DNA of 64,000 bases. Origin: Dehalococcoidia bacterium. Lineage in GTDB: Bacteria > Chloroflexota > Dehalococcoidia > Lucifugimonadales > VXLM01. The stretch spans positions 31,928 to 95,927 of the forward strand of contig DAOUKG010000049.1 in assembly GCA_034421575.1 (NCBI GenBank). Reading direction: 5' to 3'. This document shows positions 55,426-63,874 of this stretch, one piece after another; the stretch's first letter is position 1, and each line of letters opens with the position of its first letter. The notes below the pieces were generated by a model that worked only from the letters and a program-made list of their open reading frames with translations, was not told the origin of the DNA and made no database searches. The translations under genes were made by a program, and so were the position numbers.

Positions 55426-55818
55426 GAGTCTAGGTTCCTCAGGTGAGATTGGGAGATTCACGCAGACTCGGTTCAGTCGATGTCCGCGGCGGGCATTGTA
55501 CAAGAAACCCCGGCCAACCCATCGTAGGGGCAACCCTTGTGGTTGCCCGTCCCCGATACCTCGCCACCACCCGTCATTCCCACGAAAGCGGGAATCCAGT
55601 CCCCGGACCCTACTGGCTCGTTCAAACCCCATTTTCATTCCAGGTGGTGAGGGTGAAGACCCTCATGAGATATTCCGAACGCGGCGAGGGATCTACAGTC
55701 CTCACTCTTCCAGAACCCACCCCATAGACAACACTCCCTCCCCCTCCGCGCCCCCTGCGTTTAATCCGTACTCCCGCTTTTGACTTCACCCTGCTCACTC
55801 ACCCATAATATATCCATC

Positions 55819-56613
55819 ATGGATGAACGACTCGCAACCAACCGCGCCAACTGGAACGAACGCACCCCCGTCCACGCAGCCTCCGATTTCTACGACGTGG
55901 ACGGCTTCAAAAAGGGACGCATCACCCTCACCGACATCGAGCGCCGCGAGGTCGGCGACGTGTCCGGCAAGTCCCTCCTCCACCTCCAGTGCCACTTCGG
56001 GATGGACACCATGTCGTGGTCGCGCCTCGGCGCAAAGGCCACCGGCGTTGATCTATCCGACACCGCCATAGACCTCGCCAGCTCCCTCAACGACGAGATT
56101 GGAACAGACGCGCGATTCATCCGCTCCAACGTCTACGACCTGCCGGACGTCTTGGACGAAGAATTCGACATCGTCTTTACGTCCGTGGGAGTCCTGAACT
56201 GGTTGCCTGATCTCGACAAGTGGGCCTCAGTCGTGCATCGCTTCCTTCGACCGGGCGGCACGTTTTACGTACTCGACATCCACCCTTTCATAGGCATCTT
56301 CGATGAGGACGATTCGGGAGACATTCGCCCGACATACGACTACTTCCACCAACAGTTCTACTCCGAAGGCAATCACCAGACCTACACCGGAGGTGACTCC
56401 ATTGCCAGCCCCGTCTACGAATGGCAGCACAGCCTCGGCGAGATCGTAACCGCCTTGACTCAGTCCGGGCTCACCATCGAATACCTCCACGAGTTCCCTC
56501 TGTCCTTCTTTCACGCCTTCCCAACGATGACCAAACACGATGACGGATGGTGGCGCTTCCCTGAGCGCAACGACTCCTTCCCGCAGATCTTCTCGATCAA
56601 GGCTACCAAGTGA
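55819..56613 (+). CDS. class I SAM-dependent methyltransferase
   Basis: GKSLLHLQCHFGMDTMSWSRLGAKATGVDLSDTAIDLA (motif I region). Starts at ATG 55819. Confidence 0.8.
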   Translation: MDERLATNRANWNERTPVHAASDFYDVDGFKKGRITLTDIERREVGDVSGKSLLHLQCHFGMDTMSWSRLGAKATGVDLSDTAIDLASSLNDEIGTDARFIRSNVYDLPDVLDEEFDIVFTSVGVLNWLPDLDKWASVVHRFLRPGGTFYVLDIHPFIGIFDEDDSGDIRPTYDYFHQQFYSEGNHQTYTGGDSIASPVYEWQHSLGEIVTALTQSGLTIEYLHEFPLSFFHAFPTMTKHDDGWWRFPERNDSFPQIFSIKATK

Positions 56614-57335
56614 GTCGCGTCTTCCATCCGGATTCACGGCGAGAGGCTCGGCAGGAGCCTGTCAAACTCAGTGTCACGGAGGGCTACTCTCGCTGGGCCA
56701 AGTTCTATGACACCAAGTGGAACACCCTCATAGCTGCGGAAGAGCTGCACTCGCTGCCGATACTCAATAGCCTGGAGGGTGAGACCGCGCTCGACGTCGG
56801 AGCGGGAACGGGTCGCTTCTCTCTCAAGCTTGCGCGAAACGGGTGGAAGGTCACTGCCCTCGATCCCAACTCGGAAATGCTCTCGATTGCCAAGCGCGCC
56901 GCCGCCAAAGAGTTGCTTCCAATTCAGTTCATGCACTCACCGATAGGACGAGGCATATCCATCCCGTCAGGTTCTTTCGACCTGGTTGTCTGTGCCCTGA
57001 CTCTCTGCCACATTCCCGACCTCAGGGGATCTGTCAATGAGTTTTATCGTGCCCTGGCCCCCGGCGGCCACCTACTCATTACCGACGTGCATCCTGACTT
57101 CATTGCCGCCGGTTTCCCGACGCAGTTCGTCGAGGACGATGTGACCTATCACCTGCCCAACGAGCCGCATACCCGTGACGACTACCTGCAGGCCATTGCG
57201 GATACCGGCCTCGACATATCGAAAGTGTTGGAAATTCCCGGCAGAGAGGTTCCCGGGGGCTTCATCAACCCATTCATGCGAGAGAACTTCGGTGACGTGA
57301 ACTTCGGCCTGATAGTGCTGGCGCAGAAGGAATAG
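56610..57335 (+). CDS. class I SAM-dependent methyltransferase
   Basis: ALDVGAGTGRFSLKLARNGWKVTALDPNSEML and LAPGGHLLITD. The GTG start overlaps the upstream stop. Confidence 0.8.
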   Translation: MSRVFHPDSRREARQEPVKLSVTEGYSRWAKFYDTKWNTLIAAEELHSLPILNSLEGETALDVGAGTGRFSLKLARNGWKVTALDPNSEMLSIAKRAAAKELLPIQFMHSPIGRGISIPSGSFDLVVCALTLCHIPDLRGSVNEFYRALAPGGHLLITDVHPDFIAAGFPTQFVEDDVTYHLPNEPHTRDDYLQAIADTGLDISKVLEIPGREVPGGFINPFMRENFGDVNFGLIVLAQKE

Positions 57336-57389
57336 CACCCAAGAAACACCTGAGATCTCGGCCATCTGCCCTTATAAGAGAAAACTCAC

Positions 57390-58010
57390 TTGAGCAACCC
57401 CATACAAATAACCTTCATGCGGCATGGCCGCTCCCGCGCCGACGACGAGATGGTGCACGAGGGAAGGTACGACTCGCCGCTCACCGATGTCGGACGTGCA
57501 CAGGTGAGGGCGCGCGCCGAGAAATGGAAGCAAAGCGGCGTCACCTATGACCTGATCGTCGCCAGCACCCTCGTCCGAGCATCCGAGAGCGCCCGGATAG
57601 TCGGCGAGGTCCTCGACATCCCCATAGAGTACGACCCCAACTGGATGGAGCGCGACAACGGCCCCCTGGCCGGTCTCCCCTTCGACGTGGCGAGGGAACG
57701 CTACACCAAACCTGACTACACCAACCCCTTCCAGCCCCACGTCCCCTCCACAGGCGAGGGTGAAAGTGGCTGGGACCTGCTGGGCCGAGGCGCAATGGCC
57801 CTCCAGAGCATCGTGAGACGCGAACTGCCCTCGACACTCGTGGTTGCCCACGGCGGCGTCCTCAACGCCGCCATGTATTGCATAGTTGGAGTATCCCCGC
57901 ACCCCGGCGTCGTGCGCTTCGCATTCGGCGACGCCTGCTTCGTGCGCACCTCCTACGACCCCGAAAGCGACCAATGGACTATCCGGGAAATATCCGCCCA
58001 GCCAGATTGA
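57390..58010 (+). CDS. histidine phosphatase family protein (phosphoglycerate mutase-like)
   Basis: ITFMRHGRSRAD (RHG motif) and VVAHGGVLNA. Confidence 0.85.
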   Translation: MSNPIQITFMRHGRSRADDEMVHEGRYDSPLTDVGRAQVRARAEKWKQSGVTYDLIVASTLVRASESARIVGEVLDIPIEYDPNWMERDNGPLAGLPFDVARERYTKPDYTNPFQPHVPSTGEGESGWDLLGRGAMALQSIVRRELPSTLVVAHGGVLNAAMYCIVGVSPHPGVVRFAFGDACFVRTSYDPESDQWTIREISAQPD

Positions 58011-58047
58011 GTCCCTTTTGGTAAACTCCCTGCAAGGAGATCCAAAC

Positions 58048-58443
58048 ATGAAAATCACCCGAAACAACCACCCGGACATCTACCCCGCAGGCCCAACCTA
58101 CATCCGCTCGATCCGCGCGGGCAACACCCTCTACCTCGCAGGCTGCACGGCCCGCAACTCCGACGCCGAGGGCGGCCCCGTTTTCGACCAGCTTCGCGTC
58201 ACCCTCGACCGTATCGTCCGAATCGTCGAGGCCATGGGCGGTACCGCCTCCAACATCGTCGCCATGACCACCTATTGCACCGACATGCGTACGATGTGGC
58301 CCATCGAGGGCGAGCAGGTGGAGATATGGGAGCACTACTTCAACGGCCTCTGGCCCACCAACTCCTACGTGGAGATCACCGCCCTCGCCGAGCCCGGTCT
58401 GAACGTCGAGATCACGGCAACCGCCGTCCTCGACGATGACTAG
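58048..58443 (+). CDS. RidA/YjgF family protein
   Basis: Starts at ATG 58048 after AAGGAGA. TLYLAGCTA...NIVAMTTYCTD...YVEITALAEPGLNVEITATAV is a typical RidA fold signature. Confidence 0.85.
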   Translation: MKITRNNHPDIYPAGPTYIRSIRAGNTLYLAGCTARNSDAEGGPVFDQLRVTLDRIVRIVEAMGGTASNIVAMTTYCTDMRTMWPIEGEQVEIWEHYFNGLWPTNSYVEITALAEPGLNVEITATAVLDDD

Positions 58444-59242
58444 CCACACCCTCACGGACCGCGTCGACCGGGCAATCGACGAGTTTCCCATCTATGCAGG
58501 CGGAGAACGCTTCGAGGCCGAAGGCGCCGTCTTCGTAAGACACCGCTCCATACCCGACACGTACTACGCAAACCGCGTCGAGCAAGTGACCGCCTCGACG
58601 CCGGAAGAGATCGCCCGTCTGAGCGAGCGCGTCGAGGTTGAGTTTGAGGAATTTCGACACCGTTACTACTACGTCGATCGCGATACGCCGGTGGAGTTTG
58701 AGGCGTGGCTGCTCATGGAGGGCTACCAGCGCACCGACTCTCTCGTGATGGTGCTGACCGGCGAACTGCGCGGCGCGTCAAAGCCCTACGAAATTCGCCT
58801 CGTCGAGACCGACGCAGACTGGGAGGCTTACCACGATCTCATAGCCACTGCCGACCGGGAGTCCGACCGCAGCACGCCCCCACGCACCGCCAACGACAAC
58901 GCCTCGGAAGCGCAAGCCCAACGAATAGCCACCCTTCAGTCCATCTCCCCACCCGTGCGGTACTGGCTCGCATACACTGAAGGAGCACCGAGGGCATTCT
59001 TCTCGTCATGGACGAGTAGTGACGGCATAGGGGTTCTCGACGACCTCTACACCCACCCCGACTATCGCCGTCGGGGCCTCGCGACCGCTCTCGTTCACCA
59101 CTGCGTGGCCGATGTCCGGGCAAGAGGCGCTGGCCCCGTCGCGCTCGAAACCGACCCCGCGGAAACCCCAAAGCACATGTACGCCGCCATGGGGTTTCGC
59201 CCGCTATCCCTATCCCACGAGTACCTGAAGACCTTCGAGTAA
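58436..59242 (+). CDS. GNAT family N-acetyltransferase
   Basis: DLYTHPDYRRRGLATALVHHCVADVRARG (acetyl-CoA binding motif A) and MYAAMGFRP. Confidence 0.8.
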   Translation: MTSHTLTDRVDRAIDEFPIYAGGERFEAEGAVFVRHRSIPDTYYANRVEQVTASTPEEIARLSERVEVEFEEFRHRYYYVDRDTPVEFEAWLLMEGYQRTDSLVMVLTGELRGASKPYEIRLVETDADWEAYHDLIATADRESDRSTPPRTANDNASEAQAQRIATLQSISPPVRYWLAYTEGAPRAFFSSWTSSDGIGVLDDLYTHPDYRRRGLATALVHHCVADVRARGAGPVALETDPAETPKHMYAAMGFRPLSLSHEYLKTFE

Positions 59243-59405
59243 GTCGGTCTCGCTGAATCCGTAACCGCTTCGGGAAGCAAGCCCGTCGTAGGGGCAACCC
59301 TCGTGGTTGCCCTTCCCCGTCGCCAATACATCGTCATTCCCGCGAAAGAACGTCACCCCGTACACGATACGGGGCGGGAATCCAGCACCCAGCACCTAGA
59401 ACCTG

Positions 59406-60197
59406 TCACCAGATACTCCACCCGCCGTCGACGATCAGATTGTGTCCAGTAATCCACGATCCCGCAGGCGACGCCAGCAGCGCCACCGCCCCCTTGAGGT
59501 CCTCCGCCACACCGGTCCGTCCAAGAGCGTTGGCCTGTCGCGCCCGCTCGACCATGATCGGATCGGCAGTCGGCCCTGGTATCTGGCCTGGACTGATGCA
59601 GTTGGCCGTGATGCCTGAGTCCCCAAGCTCCATCGCGAGATAGCGCGTGAAGTTGATGATGCCGCCCTTTGCCGTCTGGTAGGCCGCCCCGCCTCGCTTG
59701 AATCCCGTCCCATCGTAGAAGCGCTTATCGTTCGTCAGCGACCCGTGAATCGAGCCAATCGTGATGATCGACCCCGATCCCTGCTTCACCATCACCTTCG
59801 CGGCCTCATTCGCGCACAGGTACGCGCTCGTCACATTCATTTCCAGCGTCGCCATGAACTCCGAAACGTCGCCGTCCGGGATGTACGTCGGCTCCGCCGC
59901 TCCCCCGCCCGCGTTGCACACCATCACGTCCAGCCGTCCGTGCCGTTGGACAATGGCATCGACCATCACGGCGACCTCGTCAGCATCCGTCGCGTCGCAC
60001 CCCATCCCCTCCACCTTCAGCCCCTCAGCCGACATCTCCGCCGCGACCTGCTCGCAAAGCTCCCTGCGTCTACTCGCGATGATTACCGTCGCTCCAAGCT
60101 CGGCCAGCGCCGTCGCCATCGCGCGACCAAGATGCGTCCCGCCGCCGGTTACGACGGCAACGCGACCCGTCATATCGAACTGTTCAGTAATATTCAT
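59406..60197 (-). CDS. SDR family oxidoreductase
   Basis: GRVAVVTGGGTHLGRAMA, NAGG and the YQTAKGG catalytic motif. The ATG is at 60197; an alternative GTG lies at 60212. Confidence 0.9.
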   Translation of the reverse strand: MNITEQFDMTGRVAVVTGGGTHLGRAMATALAELGATVIIASRRRELCEQVAAEMSAEGLKVEGMGCDATDADEVAVMVDAIVQRHGRLDVMVCNAGGGAAEPTYIPDGDVSEFMATLEMNVTSAYLCANEAAKVMVKQGSGSIITIGSIHGSLTNDKRFYDGTGFKRGGAAYQTAKGGIINFTRYLAMELGDSGITANCISPGQIPGPTADPIMVERARQANALGRTGVAEDLKGAVALLASPAGSWITGHNLIVDGGWSIW

Positions 60198-60199
60198 AG

Positions 60200-60430
60200 C
60201 TAGAACGAGCACCCAATTCCATTCTTTCCGATCTGCACCTCGTCGCCGTCCACGTACACCGGCGTTATCCGGTCGCCGTCCGTCAGCGCCAAAAGCTCAG
60301 GAATCCGCTCCGGTTGTTGAAACAGGTCAACCTCCTCGTACTCCACACCGTCCCTCCGAAGCTCCCGCTTCAGGTCGGTCGTATACCCGCATCCGGGGTA
60401 CGTGTAGAGGATCGGTTTCGTCTGTGTCAT
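60200..60430 (-). CDS. glutaredoxin-like small protein with single N-terminal Cys (PGCGYT) and C-terminal GCSF-stop
   Basis: 76 aa. ILYTYPGCGYTTDLKRELRRDGVEYEEVDL...TPVYVDGDEVQIG is a glutaredoxin/NrdH-like fold. A Cys lies three residues from the C-terminus. Confidence 0.6.
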   Translation of the reverse strand: MTQTKPILYTYPGCGYTTDLKRELRRDGVEYEEVDLFQQPERIPELLALTDGDRITPVYVDGDEVQIGKNGIGCSF

Positions 60431-60452
60431 CCTTGTGCCTCTAATGCGTATT

Positions 60453-61094
60453 CTAACCCGCTATTCCCGGCCTGACTATCGGTGTTCCCGACTCGATGGC
60501 GCAAAGAAGTTCCTCCACAGCGTGACAGAGACGACGGAACGAACGAGAACGACGCTGCGTGTGTTCGATGTCGATGAACGTTGATAGCGACGCTTGGTCG
60601 CTCGTCTCTGTGTATGCTCGTCCATGTGGCATAGCTCGCTTTAGCCAAGCCTTGGCATGGACGTCTTCCACATTTCCCTGATACGACTCTGTCTCGTCTA
60701 TTCCAAGCCTCGTCCTAATCTCCATTCCTTGTTGGGAGTCCAAACTCGCTAAGAACCATGTTTCGTGTTCTCTATTCGCCTCTACGATAGTGACGGATTT
60801 CGCCAAGTTGAGGTCTTTCGTTCGTTTGACAAGGTTACCGACCTCTTCGACGGGACATTCGTCGTCGGCATCCAAGAGAACGAGAATTCCGGCGCACGAT
60901 GGCTCAATAGATGCGTACCGGACGAATTTCTCATAGTCCTTAATTAAGTTCTTTTTGCCTTTGGCCCTCTTTGGGCTTTCGACTGTAATGTCGTACCTCG
61001 TAAAATGCTCCCACAATATTCTTCTTAGCAGCGTAGGGACAGCTTTGCTGTCTCCGAAACCTTCTACCACCGGCACAATGCTCCGTGGGGTCAT
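60453..61094 (-). CDS. DUF4276 / Toprim-like (OLD-nuclease-type) protein
   Basis: IVPVVEGFGDSKAV, ILVLLDADDECP and NREHETWFLASL resemble the acidic Toprim-type blocks of DUF4276 proteins. Its start overlaps the upstream ATPase stop (ATGA). The region is AT-rich. Confidence 0.6.
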   Translation of the reverse strand: MTPRSIVPVVEGFGDSKAVPTLLRRILWEHFTRYDITVESPKRAKGKKNLIKDYEKFVRYASIEPSCAGILVLLDADDECPVEEVGNLVKRTKDLNLAKSVTIVEANREHETWFLASLDSQQGMEIRTRLGIDETESYQGNVEDVHAKAWLKRAMPHGRAYTETSDQASLSTFIDIEHTQRRSRSFRRLCHAVEELLCAIESGTPIVRPGIAG

Positions 61095-62380
61095 GTCCGC
61101 ACTCCGGCGAGTCGCAGACCTTCCATGCTGTGAAGCTCGCCAGTGGTAAAGAGTCCTTGCTTGACCGCTTCAGCCTGCGTCTCGGAAACCTCCCCGACCT
61201 TCGTCTCTCCGTCCATGAACTCGACTGCCCGGATGCAGTCAACGGGAAATCGGTCGATGAGGTCCGGGCTGTGCGTCGTAATGACGACCTGTTGCCGCAA
61301 GGACGCTTCCTCCAATATCTCGGCGAGCGCGGTCAGAACTCCGGGATGGACTGCCGACTCAGGCTCCTCGATTCCAAGAAGGGAAGGCCTGCCTAGCTGG
61401 TAGATCGCAGTCAATAAGGCTAGCATCCTCAATGTGCCATCCGATTCTTGAGCAGCGTTGAACCATTGGTTCTGGCCGGGAACTATATTCGAGTGCTTGA
61501 ACTGCAACACAAGATATTCACCCACCGGCTCTGACTTGACATCGGTTATCCCCGGCATTAAATGCTTCAAGGCATCTCTAAGTTCTCTGAAACCCTGAGA
61601 CGTGAGTTCTTCGGGACCTTCTACTGTTCCGTTATTGCGCCGCATCCGCCACAACACGGACGCAAGGTTCGATCCGTATTCATCAAGAAGACTTGGCCCA
61701 GAGTTTTTCTCAAGCCCTCGGAGCGTATCGGGTGAAACACGGTAAAACCCCAGGCTGGATAACGCTCGTTGCAGTTCAAGAAGGCTTCGATGCAGTCTTT
61801 CAAGAGAAAATTGCGCCCCTGCATTGTGGGCGAAACTCGCATAAGCGACGTTCGAATAATACTTGAAGAACAGTAAGTCTTCTGAGGGTAAGGGGCTTGG
61901 AGCACTAGAGCCAGAAGCATATACCCCTCTAAGGTAGGCGGACACAGTCTCGGGTTCTATTACTTGACGATCTTGGATGTCGAAGGCAATTTCCCCCGAG
62001 TCGGTAGCAAGTTGATAGCTGCCGTACTCACGTTTGACTAGGCCGTTGCCATTCGGATCATTTGTTAGGACGAAATTGTAGTCAAGGGTGAGGTCTCGGA
62101 TAGTTGCCGTAAACCCGATCTCTGCGTCGCAATTCGACAGATGCTGAATGACCCACATTCCATGTCGTTGTGAAATTGCGTAGCCCAGCCCACGCGACAC
62201 GGCGTCCCTGATGAACCTGAGTACATCTAACACGTTGCTCTTCCCGGACGCATTCGGCCCCACGAGCACAGTTAGCGGACCCAACTCCATGTCAAGCTCG
62301 CGGATGGAGCGGTAGTTCTTCGCACGTATGCGGGTGATGCGGAACCCGCTGTTGTCAATAGCGCTGTCGTTCATACTCAT
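61091..62380 (-). CDS. ABC/SMC-like AAA ATPase (AAA_15/AAA_21 type)
   Basis: Walker A VLVGPNASGKSNVL, signature-like ESDGTLRMLALL, Walker B SLLGIEEPESAVHP and H-loop VVITTHSPDLI. RBS AAGGTGAAG. Confidence 0.8.
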   Translation of the reverse strand: MSMNDSAIDNSGFRITRIRAKNYRSIRELDMELGPLTVLVGPNASGKSNVLDVLRFIRDAVSRGLGYAISQRHGMWVIQHLSNCDAEIGFTATIRDLTLDYNFVLTNDPNGNGLVKREYGSYQLATDSGEIAFDIQDRQVIEPETVSAYLRGVYASGSSAPSPLPSEDLLFFKYYSNVAYASFAHNAGAQFSLERLHRSLLELQRALSSLGFYRVSPDTLRGLEKNSGPSLLDEYGSNLASVLWRMRRNNGTVEGPEELTSQGFRELRDALKHLMPGITDVKSEPVGEYLVLQFKHSNIVPGQNQWFNAAQESDGTLRMLALLTAIYQLGRPSLLGIEEPESAVHPGVLTALAEILEEASLRQQVVITTHSPDLIDRFPVDCIRAVEFMDGETKVGEVSETQAEAVKQGLFTTGELHSMEGLRLAGVRT

Positions 62381-62463
62381 AGCTTCACCTTGCAGGATAA
62401 GTCTATCACGCCCACCGATATGATAAGGTATCCCCCTAGCGAGACGACTACGGGGCCGTGTGC

Positions 62464-63855
62464 ATGAACGTCATCTGGATAGTTGCCGACACCTTTCGAC
62501 AGGACCACCTCGGCGCATACGGCAAGAAGCCCATCCTGACCCCCTCGCTCGACGCTCTGGCCGCCAGGTCCACCCTCTTCACGAGACACTACGCCGCCGG
62601 ATTCCCGACCATGCCCACCCGCGCCGACCACGCGCTCGGTCGCTGGACGATGTCCTTCATGGGCTGGGAGCCGCTGCCCGACGATGCCACGACCCTCGCC
62701 GAGATCCTCGCCTCCAACGGCTACCACACCGCCGCTATGGTCGACACGCCCTTCTACCTGCGCGGCGGCATGAACTACGACAAGGGTTTCCAGACCTTCT
62801 CCATGTACACAGGGCAGGAGGGCTCGGTAACCCGTCTCCTGACGCACCACCACCACGAGTCCCGCGACGCCCGTGAGGCATGGCGCTTCGAGGCCGACCG
62901 CAACGTCGCCCAGACCGTCACGCGGGCCATGCAGTGGCTCCAGCTTCACTACACCGAGGACTTCTTCCTCTACATCGACACGTGGGACCCCCACGAGCCA
63001 TGGGACGCCCCCACGTACTACTCCCGCCTCTATATGCCCGACCACGACGGCGAGGTGGTGCAACCTCCCTACGGCTTCTGGCAGGAGGCCCCCGGCTACA
63101 CCGAGGAGAAGGTCGCCAAGGCGCGGGCCGCCTATGCGGGCGAGGTCACGATGGTCGATACGTGGATCGGCTACCTCCTCCGCATGGTCGAAAACATGGG
63201 CCTCACCGACGATACCGCCATCATTTTCACCTCCGACCACGGCTTCTACTTCGGCGAGCATGGCGGCCTGTTCGGCAAGATGACCTTCGCCAAGCGCCCC
63301 GACGGAACCATGTTCCAACACGGCGACCCCGGTTCCGCATGGACATTCTCGCCCCTCTACGAGGAGACTACCTCGATTCCCCTGATCGTCCATGTGCCCG
63401 GATCGGAGCCCAGCGTCTACAACGGCCTGACTTCCGCCATCGACGTGATGCCGACCGTCCTTGAAGTCCTCGGTCAGGACATTCCCGGATGGGTGGAGGG
63501 CAAGTCGCTTCTTCCCAAGGTCCGGGACACGGCCACACCCGGACGCGAGTTCACGGTGACCACCGTCCCCTTCGCCGATCCCGGCGATCCCGTGCGCTCC
63601 GTCGACAACTTCCGGCGCAAGCTGGAGAGCAGTCTTGTGACCACCGTCTCCACCGACGAGTGGGTGCTGCTCTACTCCACCGATGAGGGCATGTCCCAGC
63701 TCTACCATCTCCCAACCGATCCCGGACAGGAGCGCAACGTCATCGCCGACAATCCCGACGTCGCGCGAGGCGTCCATCAGCACCTCGTCAAGTTCATGCA
63801 CGACACCAACCTGCCCGAACGCCGTATTCAACCAAGACTCGAACTCAGAATGTAA
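62464..63855 (+). CDS. sulfatase-family (alkaline phosphatase superfamily) hydrolase with Thr at the formylglycine position
   Basis: NVIWIVADTFRQDHLGAYG, HYAAGFPTMPTRAD (T-M-P-T-R instead of C/S-x-P-x-R) and FTSDHGFYFGEHG. Confidence 0.8.
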   Translation: MNVIWIVADTFRQDHLGAYGKKPILTPSLDALAARSTLFTRHYAAGFPTMPTRADHALGRWTMSFMGWEPLPDDATTLAEILASNGYHTAAMVDTPFYLRGGMNYDKGFQTFSMYTGQEGSVTRLLTHHHHESRDAREAWRFEADRNVAQTVTRAMQWLQLHYTEDFFLYIDTWDPHEPWDAPTYYSRLYMPDHDGEVVQPPYGFWQEAPGYTEEKVAKARAAYAGEVTMVDTWIGYLLRMVENMGLTDDTAIIFTSDHGFYFGEHGGLFGKMTFAKRPDGTMFQHGDPGSAWTFSPLYEETTSIPLIVHVPGSEPSVYNGLTSAIDVMPTVLEVLGQDIPGWVEGKSLLPKVRDTATPGREFTVTTVPFADPGDPVRSVDNFRRKLESSLVTTVSTDEWVLLYSTDEGMSQLYHLPTDPGQERNVIADNPDVARGVHQHLVKFMHDTNLPERRIQPRLELRM

Positions 63856-63874
63856 GTTTGGAGGAACCGCCACT

